Shown: positions 8,903-20,254 of the stretch, one piece after another
Layout: the number at the start of each line of letters is the position of its first letter
How positions within the stretch are numbered: position 1 is the first letter of the stretch
Origin: a virus
Lineage: Duplodnaviria > Heunggongvirae > Uroviricota > Caudoviricetes
Direction: 5' to 3' (one strand)
DNA length: 54,063 nucleotides
IMG/VR virus record: IMGVR_UViG_2861048470_000002
The notes under the pieces: model-generated
Database searches by the model: none
Told to the model about the DNA's origin: nothing
Seen by the model: only the letters and a program-made list of their open reading frames with translations
Translations under genes and position numbers: made by a program

Positions 8903-9553
8903 TTATGGAAGGTTTGCTATTTTTGCATCGACAACTACACCGATGATTTTGCAGTTCCCGTTGATCTCAATCATCGGATATTGTGGGTTAAGTGGTTTTA
9001 GAAACCTTCTGCCAGCATCAATAACTAACTTCTTGAAAGTTGCCTCGTTTTCTCCTTCGAGCTTTGCCACTACCAGCTTCCCATTACGAGGTTCTACTTC
9101 AGGATCGACTAGTATTATCATCCCTTCCGGGATGCTAAGACCGGCTGGAGCCGTCATCGAATCACCCTTTACGTCCAGCCAAAACGAATCTTCTGAACAA
9201 TCTACGGTTGTATCGTACCAGTTATCTATTGCACGCTTATGATATGGCTCTACAGCTTCCATCCAACATCCTGCGCTTACCCAACTAATTAGAGGATACG
9301 AACCTCTTGGATCATGCCTGCTGTGATAGGCAATGTTTGAAAGACTATCTTCTCCTTTCAACAAGTAATCAGGGGAGCACTGTAAAGCCTTGGCTAAAGC
9401 CAATAGGTTTTCGCCATTGGGCTCAGTTTCAGAACGCTCCCATTGGGAAATAGCAACATTAGACACGCCAACCATCTTGCCGAGGGCAGCCTGCCTAATC
9501 TTAAGTTCTTTTCTGCGAGCGCGAATACGCTCACCCATCAGTTGTGTATTCAT
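8903..9553 (-). CDS. c2: P22 C2-type repressor (LexA/S24-like C-terminal domain), 216 aa
   Basis: MNTQLMGERIRARRKELKIRQAALGKMVGVSNVAISQWERSETEPNGENLLALAKALQCSPDYLL with near-identity to P22 C2 from memory. Confidence 0.93.
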   Translation of the reverse strand: MNTQLMGERIRARRKELKIRQAALGKMVGVSNVAISQWERSETEPNGENLLALAKALQCSPDYLLKGEDSLSNIAYHSRHDPRGSYPLISWVSAGCWMEAVEPYHKRAIDNWYDTTVDCSEDSFWLDVKGDSMTAPAGLSIPEGMIILVDPEVEPRNGKLVVAKLEGENEATFKKLVIDAGRRFLKPLNPQYPMIEINGNCKIIGVVVDAKIANLP

Positions 9554-9633
9554 AGTTAAGACATCTTAAATAAACTTGACTTAAGATTCCTTTGATAGAT
9601 AATTTAAGTGTTCTTTAATTTCGGGGCGAGTCT
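9554..9633 (+). promoter_or_regulatory. oR/pR/pRM region: P22-type operators and pR (-35 TTGACT 9576-9581, -10 ATAATT 9599-9604)
   Basis: ATTTAAGTGTTCTTTAAT at 9602-9619 matches P22 OR1 as I recall it; 17-bp spacing between the hexamers. Confidence 0.7.
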
Positions 9634-9819
9634 ATGTACAAGAAAGATGTTATCGACCACTTCGGAACCCAGCGTGCGGTAGCTAAAGCGTTAGGCATTA
9701 GCGATGCAGCAGTCTCTCAGTGGAAGGAAGTCATCCCAGAGAAAGACGCCTATCGACTGGAAGTCGTTACAGCTGGCGCCCTGAAGTATCAAGAAAGTGC
9801 TTATCGCAAAGCGGCATAA
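9634..9819 (+). CDS. cro: P22-type Cro, 61 aa
   Basis: MYKKDVIDHFGTQRAVAKALGISDAAVSQWKEVIPEKDAYRLEVVTAGALKYQESAYRKAA. Confidence 0.93.
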   Translation: MYKKDVIDHFGTQRAVAKALGISDAAVSQWKEVIPEKDAYRLEVVTAGALKYQESAYRKAA

Positions 9820-9825
9820 GCAAAT

Positions 9826-9872
9826 TGCTCTTTAACAGTCATGGTCCTTATTCCCGCCGAAATGCGGGAATA
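9826..9872 (+). promoter_or_regulatory. nutR: nutR: boxA (GCTCTTTAACA 9827-9837) and boxB hairpin (9849-9872)
   Basis: Same boxA and boxB as nutL, placed between cro and the cII-like gene. Confidence 0.75.
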
Positions 9873-9927
9873 CAACGCGCATCAGTTGGTGCGTATAACT
9901 TCTTATTTGTTAAGGAAATACTTACAT

Positions 9928-12397
<2,470 letters not shown>

Positions 12398-12546
12398 ATT
12401 GACAGAATCACCGATTCTCAACTTAGCGAGATTACAAAGTTACCTGTCAAACGGTGCAATGAAGCCAAGTTAGAACTCGTCAGAATGAATATTATCAAGC
12501 AGCAAGGCGGCATGTTTGGACCAAATAAAAACATCTCAGAATGGTG

Positions 12547-12680
12547 TATCCCTCAAAACGAGGGAAAATCCCCTAAAACGAGGGATAAAACATCCCTCAA
12601 ATTGGGGGATTGCTATCCCTCAAAACAGGGGGACACAAAAGACACTATTACAAAAGAAAAAAGAAAAGATTATTCGTCCG
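12547..12680 (+). repeat. ori-lambda: four iterons (ATCCCTCAAAACGAGGGA-type) plus adjacent AT-rich segment, inside the O C-terminal fragment
   Basis: Four tandem 18-19-bp palindromic repeats at 12547-12632 followed by an A-rich stretch. Confidence 0.85.
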
Positions 12681-13095
12681 AGAATTCTGGCGAATCCTCT
12701 GACCAGCCAGAAAACGATCTTTCTGTGGTTAAACCGGATGCTGCAATTCAGAGCGGCAGTAAGTGGGGAACAGCAGAAGACCTGACCGCCGCAGAGTGGA
12801 TGTTTGACATGGTGAAGACCATCGCGCCATCAGCCAGAAAACCGAATTTTGCTGGGTGGGCTAACGATATCCGCCTGATGCGTGAACGTGACGGACGTAA
12901 CCACCGCGATATGTGTGTGCTTTTCCGCTGGGCCTGCCAGGACAACTTCTGGTCCGGTAACGTGCTGAGTCCGGCCAAACTCCGCGACAAGTGGACCCAG
13001 CTCGAAATCAACCGTAACAAGCAACAGGCTGGCGTGACAGCCGGAAAACCAAAACTCGACCTGACAAACACTGACTGGATTTACGGGGTGGATCT

Positions 13096-13797
13096 ATGAA
13101 AAACATCGCCGCACAGATGGTTAACTTTGACCGTGAGCAGATGCGTCGGATCGCCAACAACATGCCGGAACAGTACGACGAAAAGCCACAGGTACAGCAG
13201 GTAGCGCAGATCATCAACGGTGTGTTCAGCCAGTTACTGGCAACTTTCCCGGCGAGTCTGGCTAACCGTGACCAGAACGAACTGAACGAAATCCGCCGCC
13301 AGTGGGTTCTGGCTTTCCGGGAAAACGGGATCACCACAATGGAACAGGTTAACGCAGGAATGCGCGTAGCCCGTCGGCAGAACCGACCATTCCTGCCATC
13401 ACCCGGGCAGTTTGTTGCATGGTGCCGGGAAGAAGCATCCGTTATCGCCGGACTGCCAAACGTCAGCGAGCTGGTTGATATGGTTTACGAGTATTGCCGG
13501 AAGCGAGGCCTGTATCCGGATGCGGAGTCTTATCCGTGGAAATCAAACGCGCACTACTGGCTGGTTACCAACCTGTATCAGAACATGCGGGCCAATGCGC
13601 TTACTGATGCGGAATTACGCCGTAAGGCCGCAGATGAGCTTGTCCATATGACTGCGAGAATTAACCGTGGTGAGGCGATCCCTGAACCAGTAAAACAACT
13701 TCCTGTCATGGGCGGTAGACCTCTAAATCGTGCACAGGCTCTGGCGAAGATCGCAGAAATTAAAGCTAAGTTCGGACTGAAAGGAGCAAGTGTATGA
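13096..13797 (+). CDS. P: Lambda P, DnaB helicase loader, 233 aa
   Basis: MKNIAAQMVNFDREQMRRIANNMPEQYDEKPQVQQVAQIINGVFSQLLATFPASLANRDQNELNEIRRQW is lambda P. Confidence 0.96.
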   Translation: MKNIAAQMVNFDREQMRRIANNMPEQYDEKPQVQQVAQIINGVFSQLLATFPASLANRDQNELNEIRRQWVLAFRENGITTMEQVNAGMRVARRQNRPFLPSPGQFVAWCREEASVIAGLPNVSELVDMVYEYCRKRGLYPDAESYPWKSNAHYWLVTNLYQNMRANALTDAELRRKAADELVHMTARINRGEAIPEPVKQLPVMGGRPLNRAQALAKIAEIKAKFGLKGASV

Positions 13798-13967
13798 TGG
13801 GCAAAGAGGCAATTATTCATTACCTGGGGACGCACAAGAGCTTCTGTGCGCCGGACGTTGCTGCGACAACAGGTGTGACATTAACCAGCATAAATCAGGC
13901 TGCGGCAAAAATGGCGCGGGCAGGAATCCTGGTCATTGATGGTAAGGTCTGGCGAACGTTTGTTTAA
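13794..13967 (+). pseudogene. ren: Truncated ren, 57 codons versus about 96 in lambda
   Basis: MMGKEAIIHYLGTHKSFCAPDVAATTGVTLTSINQAAAKMARAGILVIDGKVWRTFV then stop; homology to lambda Ren ends where the low-GC island begins. Confidence 0.75.
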
Positions 13968-14113
13968 CGGTTAGCTACTCAGGATGATAGGGCGGGGCAA
14001 GTGAGTATGAAGCGGATTTTCAGGAATGCCATCAGAGTTTGGAAATAAAGTGGGTTTTCTAGTGGCAAGAGACTTGATAATATTTAGTTCTTTGAATCCA
14101 AGGAGATAGGGTT

Positions 14114-14608
14114 ATGAGAAAATTTATTTTAGCCTTTGTTATAAGTGCCTCGTTTACAGCAAATGCTGGTGTAGAGAAGTTAGGGCCGTGGATAACAAAG
14201 TCTGAGATAAATAAAATGACTGACCAGACTGACTTTGTGGCCCTTAATTTATCACCAGATTCATATAACAAAGCAGGTACTGATCGTGCAACTTCACTGG
14301 TGTTGCGTTGTAGTGATAACAAAACAGATGCCTATTTATCATTCAATGATTATATGGGTTCGGACAACCCAAGAATTACAGTGCGGTTAGATGGCGGAAA
14401 GCCGGTCAAGAGTGTTTGGGGAGGTGGGGAAGGCGGTGATTCTGCATTTGCTCCACAACCAATACAATTTATAAAGACCTTGGCTAAGCATAAAAAAGCT
14501 ATTTTTGGGTTTGAACCTTATGGATCAACTATGCAAGTAGTTGAGTTTGACTTGTCTGAGATTGATAAGGTTGTGGAAAAAATTTCACAGTCTTGCAATT
14601 GGAAATGA
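14114..14608 (+). CDS. Hypothetical secreted/periplasmic protein with a cleavable signal peptide, 164 aa
   Basis: MRKFILAFVISASFTANA signal then a mature domain with two Cys; AGGAGA-like RBS (GGAGATAGGG) upstream; no family recognised. Confidence 0.7.
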   Translation: MRKFILAFVISASFTANAGVEKLGPWITKSEINKMTDQTDFVALNLSPDSYNKAGTDRATSLVLRCSDNKTDAYLSFNDYMGSDNPRITVRLDGGKPVKSVWGGGEGGDSAFAPQPIQFIKTLAKHKKAIFGFEPYGSTMQVVEFDLSEIDKVVEKISQSCNWK

Positions 14609-14625
14609 CAAAAAAATTTCATATG

Positions 14626-14650
14626 AACCCAGTTTGCGCTGGGTTTTTTA
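14626..14650 (+). terminator. Rho-independent terminator (ACCCAG TTTGCG CTGGGT then TTTTTT) after the 164-aa gene
   Basis: Perfect stem plus T-run 18 nt after the stop codon. Confidence 0.8.
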
Positions 14651-15237
14651 TTTCAGTAGCCAATAATGCATTCAAAATCTCTTACTTGAGAAACGGCCTA
14701 TTTGAGATTTCAGTCGTGGCAGGATGATCAGTTGATTCGAGTATTGACGCATTTGCGTTCGGAGCGATTACAGTAGATTGTAAATAATAATGAGAAACAC
14801 ATAGCCACCCCGTGGTATTGAAACCATATAATGTTGGATTTGAAAACAGATCTTTTCCCATGTATTAATAACTACATCCCCGCGAGTGATTCAAAAAGGA
14901 GGGCCCAATTTTGTCCGAGTTTTTGTATTCCCCCGCATGCCGCTGCGGAGCACTACATCTGAGTGTCTGACTAGGGGATAAAATTAGACTGGATAGTGAG
15001 AAGAAAGTGGCGCGCTAGGCTGTGCCGAGTGCTACCAGTACACCTTGGGGGTGTGCAGCTTTCGCCGAGACTGTAGTGGGTATCGGTTAATGCACGAAAA
15101 ACCGAGAGGTCAGACAACCAATTTGCCGTAGGATTGTTTCCGGTGCGATACCGGTCTACTAACTGAAAGCAATGCGAAAAAGCATAAACTCGGTCCTTCA
15201 GTCGCCCTACACACTATTTACTAAGAAGGGCTGAAGC

Positions 15238-15437
15238 ATGGATACAATTATTACATGGATGGGAGATCGTCTGTTGGGGGGACACAAAAATCCGATCTGC
15301 GGCAGATGGCGATCACTGGATTAACTTCCGCGATTTGTTCAACAATTTTGTACACTGAAAAATTAAAACATGGTGAGCCTATTAACCCAAACGAAGAAGA
15401 AAAACTTTATAGGCTTTGGTATGAAGGAAACGCTTGA
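15238..15437 (+). pseudogene. Small ORF (about 66 codons if restored) frameshifted at a G6 homopolymer (15283-15288)
   Basis: ATG at 15238 preceded by GAAGGG; that frame stops after 28 codons; inserting one G in the G6 tract joins it to the 15255-15437 frame. Confidence 0.3.
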
Positions 15438-15926
15438 AAGAATAAAGCACAATTAAAACCTTTGATTTGCGATAATCAACTTGCCATAATTAAGTAATCG
15501 GAGTCTGAACAACTCCGGTGACTTCTGCGCTAAACGGGGACGTTTATGCGCACATACAATCCAAACTATCTTCTCCTTTCACAGATGCAGAAATGCACCT
15601 GCAATTCTTTGCATCTAGCGTTTGACCTCTGCGGAGGTGAAGCGTGAACCTCCCACAAGACGGCATCAAATTACATCGCGGCAACTTCACCGCTATCGGC
15701 CAGCAGATCCAGCCTTATCTGGAGGAAGGCAAATGCTTTCGCATGGTGCTTAAACCGTGGTGCGAGAGACGCAGTCTTTCCCAGAATGCACTCAGCCACA
15801 TGTGGTACAGCGAAATCAGTGAATACCTCATCAGCAGGGGTAAAACGTTCGCCACTCCAGCTTGGGTAAAAGATGCTCTCAAACACACATATCTCGGTAA
15901 GCGTCAACGGAGCACCGTATTGACGC

Positions 15927-17540
15927 TTATTTATTGGTGAGTACTACGTTCCATGGCAGGAGTTCGTCAACACGGTTGGAGGGCCATTCCGGCAGTACGC
16001 TCAGAATATGGCGCAGATACGCTTCCGGATCGATACCGTTCAGTCGGCAGGTGCCGATCAGCCCGTACAGCAGTGCTCCACGCTCGCCGCCGTGATCGCT
16101 ACCGAAGAACACGTAATTTTTCTTTCCGAGACAGACTGCACGAAGCGCTCTTTCCGCTGTGTTATTGTCCACCTCCGCCAGACCGTCATCACTGTAATAA
16201 CAGAGGGCGTCCCACTGATTCAGTACATAGCTGAACGCTTCGCCCAGTCTGGATTTTTTCGACAGCGTGCCATTCTTCTCCACCATCCATTCATGCAGCG
16301 ACGTCAGTAACGCTTTGCTTCGCTGCTGCCTGGCTGCAAGACGCTCTGACTCTGGTAATCCCCGTATTTCATTCTCGATGGCGTACAGTTCACTGATTCG
16401 CTTCAGGGCTTCTTCTGCCGTCGCACTTTTGCTGCTGATGTATACATCGTGGATTTTTCTCCGGGCATGAGCCCAGCACGCAACTTCTGTCAGCGCACTA
16501 CCTTCACGTTCTGCACTGAACAGCCTGTCATAACCTGTGAACGCATCCGCCTGCAGGATACCCCGGAAGGGGCGGAGGTGTTGCTCCGGGTGTTTCCCCT
16601 GCCGGTTCGATGAGTACGCGAACCAGACCGCCGGAGGAGATGACGAACCCGCATTGCGATCATCCCGGACATACGTCCAGATGCGCCCTGTTTTCGTCTT
16701 TTTCAGGCCCGGTGCCAGTACCTTTACCGGTGTGTCGTCAGTGTGAAGCTTGCGGGTATTCATCACATAACGGTACAGGGCATCATTCAGCGGCGTCATT
16801 AACTGGCAGCACGCGTCAACCCAGTTGGAGAGTAATGCACGGCTCAGTTCGACACCCTGTCGGGCAAAGATTTCACTCTGACGATACAGTGGCAGGTGTT
16901 CGCAGTATTTTCCCGTTAACACGCGGGCAAGTAATCCGGGGCCCGCGATACCACGCTCTATCGGGCGGGACGGCGCCGGTGCTTCAACGATGCAGTCACA
17001 TTTTGTACAGGCTTTTTTTACCCGTTCTGTGCGGATCACTTTCAGGGCGCTGCTCACCAGTTCCAGTTGTTCTGCGCTGACTTCCCCCAGATAATCCAGC
17101 TCACCGCCACACTCCGGGCAACAGCTTTCTTCAGGCTCCAGGCGGTATATTTCACGGGGGAGATGTGCCGGTAACGGACGACGATGGCGCGACTGTCGCA
17201 ACTGGCGGGGAACCAGTGGGTCATCCTCACGCCCACTGTAACGATCGCTTTCCTGCTCGCGTTGTTTCAGCAGGGCTTCAGCCTGTTCAACCTCACGACG
17301 CAGTTTTTCAGAACGGGTTCCGAACAGCATCCGGCGCAGTTTTTCTATCTGAGCCCGCAGATGCTCTATTTCTCGCTCATCTTCTTCGATCTTTTCTTCG
17401 GCACGTGCCAGTGCAGAGCGCAGGAAGGCCTCCGTCTCTTCAACCAGACTCAGTTGCTGGTCTTTCTGACGGAGGGCTTCAGCCTGCTCAGAGAGCAGCC
17501 TTTCCAGCTCAGCGATGCGAATGAGGTATTTCTGACTCAT
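15927..17540 (-). CDS. IS66-family transposase TnpC, 537 aa
   Basis: Coiled-coil N-terminus, CxxC...CxxC zinc motif, and conserved core typical of IS66 TnpC. Confidence 0.9.
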   Translation of the reverse strand: MSQKYLIRIAELERLLSEQAEALRQKDQQLSLVEETEAFLRSALARAEEKIEEDEREIEHLRAQIEKLRRMLFGTRSEKLRREVEQAEALLKQREQESDRYSGREDDPLVPRQLRQSRHRRPLPAHLPREIYRLEPEESCCPECGGELDYLGEVSAEQLELVSSALKVIRTERVKKACTKCDCIVEAPAPSRPIERGIAGPGLLARVLTGKYCEHLPLYRQSEIFARQGVELSRALLSNWVDACCQLMTPLNDALYRYVMNTRKLHTDDTPVKVLAPGLKKTKTGRIWTYVRDDRNAGSSSPPAVWFAYSSNRQGKHPEQHLRPFRGILQADAFTGYDRLFSAEREGSALTEVACWAHARRKIHDVYISSKSATAEEALKRISELYAIENEIRGLPESERLAARQQRSKALLTSLHEWMVEKNGTLSKKSRLGEAFSYVLNQWDALCYYSDDGLAEVDNNTAERALRAVCLGKKNYVFFGSDHGGERGALLYGLIGTCRLNGIDPEAYLRHILSVLPEWPSNRVDELLPWNVVLTNK

Positions 17541-17570
17541 GGCCGTTTTTATAATCCGGCCCGGCGTTTT

Positions 17571-17921
17571 TTACAACATTGTCAGTGCGTTAAGGCGGGA
17601 TGTTTTTGGCTGACGCCAGTCCAGCTTATCGAGGAGCATTGCCAGTTGCGAGCGGGTAATGGATATCTTACCGTCACGCACCGCAGGCCAGATAAACTGA
17701 CCTTCCTCAAGGCGTTTGGTGAACAGGCACAGACCATCAGCATCAGCCCACAGGATTTTAATCGTGTCTCCCCGTCGGCCACGGAAGATAAACAGGTGAC
17801 CGGAGAAGGGGTTATCATCCAGCACATGCTGTATCTGCTCCCCCAGACCGTTGAAGGATTTACGCATATCAGTAACGCCGGCAACGAGCCAGATACGGGT
17901 ACCTGATGGGAGTGAAATCAT
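17571..17921 (-). CDS. IS66-family Orf2 (TnpB), 116 aa
   Basis: MISLPSGTRIWLVAGVTDMRKSFNGL, the conserved IS66 Orf2 family. Confidence 0.9.
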   Translation of the reverse strand: MISLPSGTRIWLVAGVTDMRKSFNGLGEQIQHVLDDNPFSGHLFIFRGRRGDTIKILWADADGLCLFTKRLEEGQFIWPAVRDGKISITRSQLAMLLDKLDWRQPKTSRLNALTML

Positions 17922-18355
17922 CGTCCCCTCCCGGTCAGCTCACGGATCAACACCGTGAGCAGCTCTGGTGAAGGATTTTCCAGCATCATTTTACCGTAAT
18001 GGAATTCCACATGGCAGGAAGCTGCACAAGCAACTGATAATGCCTCCGGAGCAGGAGCATCTGTAGCACAGCGCGGGGGGTCGATAAGTTCCACTGGAAC
18101 CAGAGTCGGAGAGGCCGGAAAAGATTGTGATACTGTAGGGCCTACAATAGTTGGAGGCATTCTACGAGAAATACGTCCTTCTCTTTGCCAGAGGCGTAGC
18201 CATTTAAAAATCAGGTTGTTATCAACGCCATGTTCCCGGGCCAGTTGTGCAACATTGGCATTTGGTTTCGAAGCCAGTTCAACCATATGAAGTTTAAATT
18301 CATTAGAAAATATCCGGCGGGTTCCGGAGCGCCAGTCTGTAGGTTTATCCATCAA
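17918..18355 (-). CDS. IS66-family Orf1 (TnpA), 145 aa
   Basis: HTH-like N-terminal region; first gene of the IS66 three-gene set. Confidence 0.85.
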   Translation of the reverse strand: MMDKPTDWRSGTRRIFSNEFKLHMVELASKPNANVAQLAREHGVDNNLIFKWLRLWQREGRISRRMPPTIVGPTVSQSFPASPTLVPVELIDPPRCATDAPAPEALSVACAASCHVEFHYGKMMLENPSPELLTVLIRELTGRGR

Positions 18356-18647
18356 TAGAACTCCGTCTAATTTAGAAGGAGCTCTAATTTAGTCTGCAAG
18401 GAGCAGGTGTTACAGACGGCATTGGCTTTACGCTTACATATCTCGGTTATGAAACCAAAGACCTGGTTGATGTCGTAACCGGTGATATCACCACTATCCA
18501 GTCGTTACGCCATACCTCCGATCTTGATACCGGAGAGATGTATGTCTTCCTGTGTAAGGTTGAAGCCTGGGCGATGAATATTGGTTGCCACCTGACTATT
18601 CCACAGAGCTGCGAGTTCCAGCTGCTGCGCGACAAGCAGGAGGCGTA

Positions 18648-18818
18648 ATGGCTACACCGCTTATTCGTGTCATGAACGGACACATCTACAGAGTACCAAA
18701 TCGTCGTAAGCGTAAACCTGAGCTGAAGCCATCCGAAATACCAACACTGCTCGGATATACCGCCAGCCTGGTTGATAAAAAATGGTTGCGACTGGCAGCA
18801 AGGAGGAGTCATGGCTGA
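18648..18818 (+). CDS. ninE: NinE-family protein, 56 aa
   Basis: MATPLIRVMNGHIYRVPNRRKRKPELKPSEIPTLLGYTASLVDKKWLRLAARR resembles lambda NinE; start overlaps the ninB stop (TAATG). Confidence 0.7.
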   Translation: MATPLIRVMNGHIYRVPNRRKRKPELKPSEIPTLLGYTASLVDKKWLRLAARRSHG

Positions 18819-19101
18819 TTTGAGAAAAGCAGCGCGTGGTCGGGAATGCCAGGTAAGAATCCCTGGCGTATGTAATGGCAACCCTGAAACGTCTGTACTG
18901 GCACATATCCGGCTGACTGGATTGTGCGGCACCGGTACGAAACCGCCAGACCTGATTGCCACCATTGCATGTTCTGCCTGCCACGACGAAATCGACCGCC
19001 GCACTCATTTTGTCGATGCTGCATATGCAAAAGAATGCGCGCTGGAAGGTATGGCGAGAACACAGGTTATCTGGCTGAAAGAGGGGGTTATTAAGGCGTG
19101 A
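18811..19101 (+). CDS. DUF1364-family protein (DLP12 YbcO-like), 96 aa
   Basis: [35 protein letters not shown] with conserved Cys/His; lies directly upstream of rusA as in DLP12. Confidence 0.7.
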   Translation: MADLRKAARGRECQVRIPGVCNGNPETSVLAHIRLTGLCGTGTKPPDLIATIACSACHDEIDRRTHFVDAAYAKECALEGMARTQVIWLKEGVIKA

Positions 19102-19460
19102 ATACCTACAGCATCACATTACCCTGGCCTCCGAGCAATAATCGCTATTACCGCCATAATCGCGGGCGCACGCACGTCAGCGCAGAGGGGCAGGCATACC
19201 GCGATAACGTCGCCCGAATCATTAAAAACGCAATGCTGGATATCGGCCTGGCTATGCCTGTGAAAATCCGCATTGAGTGCCACATGCCGGATCGCCGTCG
19301 CCGTGACCTGGATAATCTGCAAAAAGCCGCTTTTGACGCACTCACTAAAGCAGGTTTCTGGCTGGATGATGCTCAGGTCGTTGATTACCGCGTTGTGAAG
19401 ATGCCTGTTACCAAAGGTGGGAGGCTGGAACTGACCATCACCGAAATGGGGAATGAATGA
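19098..19460 (+). CDS. rusA: RusA Holliday-junction resolvase, 120 aa
   Basis: [41 protein letters not shown] matches DLP12 RusA from memory. Confidence 0.93.
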   Translation: MNTYSITLPWPPSNNRYYRHNRGRTHVSAEGQAYRDNVARIIKNAMLDIGLAMPVKIRIECHMPDRRRRDLDNLQKAAFDALTKAGFWLDDAQVVDYRVVKMPVTKGGRLELTITEMGNE

Positions 19461-19597
19461 TGTTTGAGTTTTATATGGCAGAACGTCTTCGCCACCGCTG
19501 GGGGCGTCTGCGCTTATATCGTTTCCCCGGTTCTGTTTTGACCGATTACCGAATACTGAAGAATTACGCCAAAACCCTGACAGGAGCAGGAGTATGA
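19457..19597 (+). CDS. Small protein YlcG-like, 46 aa
   Basis: Hand-translated [46 protein letters not shown]; overlaps the rusA stop. Confidence 0.55.
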   Translation: MMFEFYMAERLRHRWGRLRLYRFPGSVLTDYRILKNYAKTLTGAGV

Positions 19598-19682
19598 AGT
19601 CAGAGATAACAATCAACTAATACTGTTTTGTTGATTTTTGCTTGTAATTGGCGTTCTGGTCTGATTTTTGTGGAGTAAGTTG

Positions 19683-20066
19683 ATGCGTGATATTCAGATG
19701 GTTCTTGAGCGTTGGGGAGCGTGGGCGGCTAATAATCATGAAGATGTGACCTGGTCGTCCATTGCCGCCGGTTTTAAGGGATTAATTACTTCAAAAGTAA
19801 AATCTCGCCCGCAATGTTGTGACGATGACGCGATGATCATTTGCGGGTGCATGGCCCGTCTGAAAAAGAACAACAGCGATTTGCACGATTTATTAGTAGA
19901 TTATTATGTAGTCGGTATGACATTCATGTCACTGGCAGGTAAGCATTGCTGCTCTGATGGTTATATCGGGAAAAGGTTACAGAAGGCTGAGGGCATAATT
20001 GAAGGGATGTTAATGGCATTAGATATCCGGTTAGAGATGGATATCGTTGTTAATAACTCTAATTAA
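19683..20066 (+). CDS. Q: Late-gene antiterminator Q (phage 21 / DLP12 QuuD type), about 127 aa
   Basis: [35 protein letters not shown] and a cysteine cluster ([12 protein letters not shown]); immediately upstream of the late promoter region. Confidence 0.85.
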   Translation: MRDIQMVLERWGAWAANNHEDVTWSSIAAGFKGLITSKVKSRPQCCDDDAMIICGCMARLKKNNSDLHDLLVDYYVVGMTFMSLAGKHCCSDGYIGKRLQKAEGIIEGMLMALDIRLEMDIVVNNSN

Positions 20067-20093
20067 TACGCCAATTATTTACTAAAAGTTATT

Positions 20094-20254
20094 AAAAATG
20101 GGGCGTTGAAACGCCCCCAAAAATAAAGGGTAATATATAACAGAAGGTTTGTATAGTTAGAAGCAAGGTTGTGCTTCTAAAGGAAGTGGCTTGAGGGAGC
20201 CACTTATATGTTGGGGAGGCAAAGCCTCCCACAACATATCTTTTAGTAATCAAA
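20094..20254 (-). ncRNA. Candidate small RNA in the nmpC 3-prime region (IpeX-like), several stem-loops ending in a terminator at 20094-20117
   Basis: Hairpins GGGAGGC AAA GCCTCCC (20213-20229), GAAGCAAGGTTGTGCTTC, and GGGGCG TTTCAA CGCCCC followed by a U-run on the minus strand; IpeX is described as lying 3-prime of nmpC in DLP12. Confidence 0.35.

Larger units (their letters stand above)
15897..18437 (-). mobile_element. IS66-family insertion sequence, 2541 bp, 8-bp target duplication ATATCTCG
   Basis: Ends GTAAGCGTCAACGGAGC... and ...GGCTTTACGCTTAC; ATATCTCG at 15889-15896 and 18438-18445; three-gene tnpA-tnpB-tnpC layout. Confidence 0.9.
15644..18648 (+). pseudogene. ninB: NinB-family recombination protein split by an IS66-family element (N-terminal part 15644-15896, C-terminal part 18438-18648)
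   Basis: N-terminal ERRSLSQNALSHMWYSEIS motif resembles lambda NinB; the reading frame ...KHTYLG / YETKDLVDVV... is continuous across the 8-bp duplication. Confidence 0.75.

Noticed and set aside
8903-9553. Lambda rexA/rexB exclusion genes downstream of the repressor
   Set aside because: The repressor is P22 C2-type, and the interval between it and pL is only a hairpin, with no room for rex genes.
18447-19004. 185-aa and 112-aa minus-strand ORFs overlapping ninB C-terminus, ninE and the ybcO-like gene
   Set aside because: They are antisense to three collinear plus-strand genes that have lambdoid homology and translational coupling.
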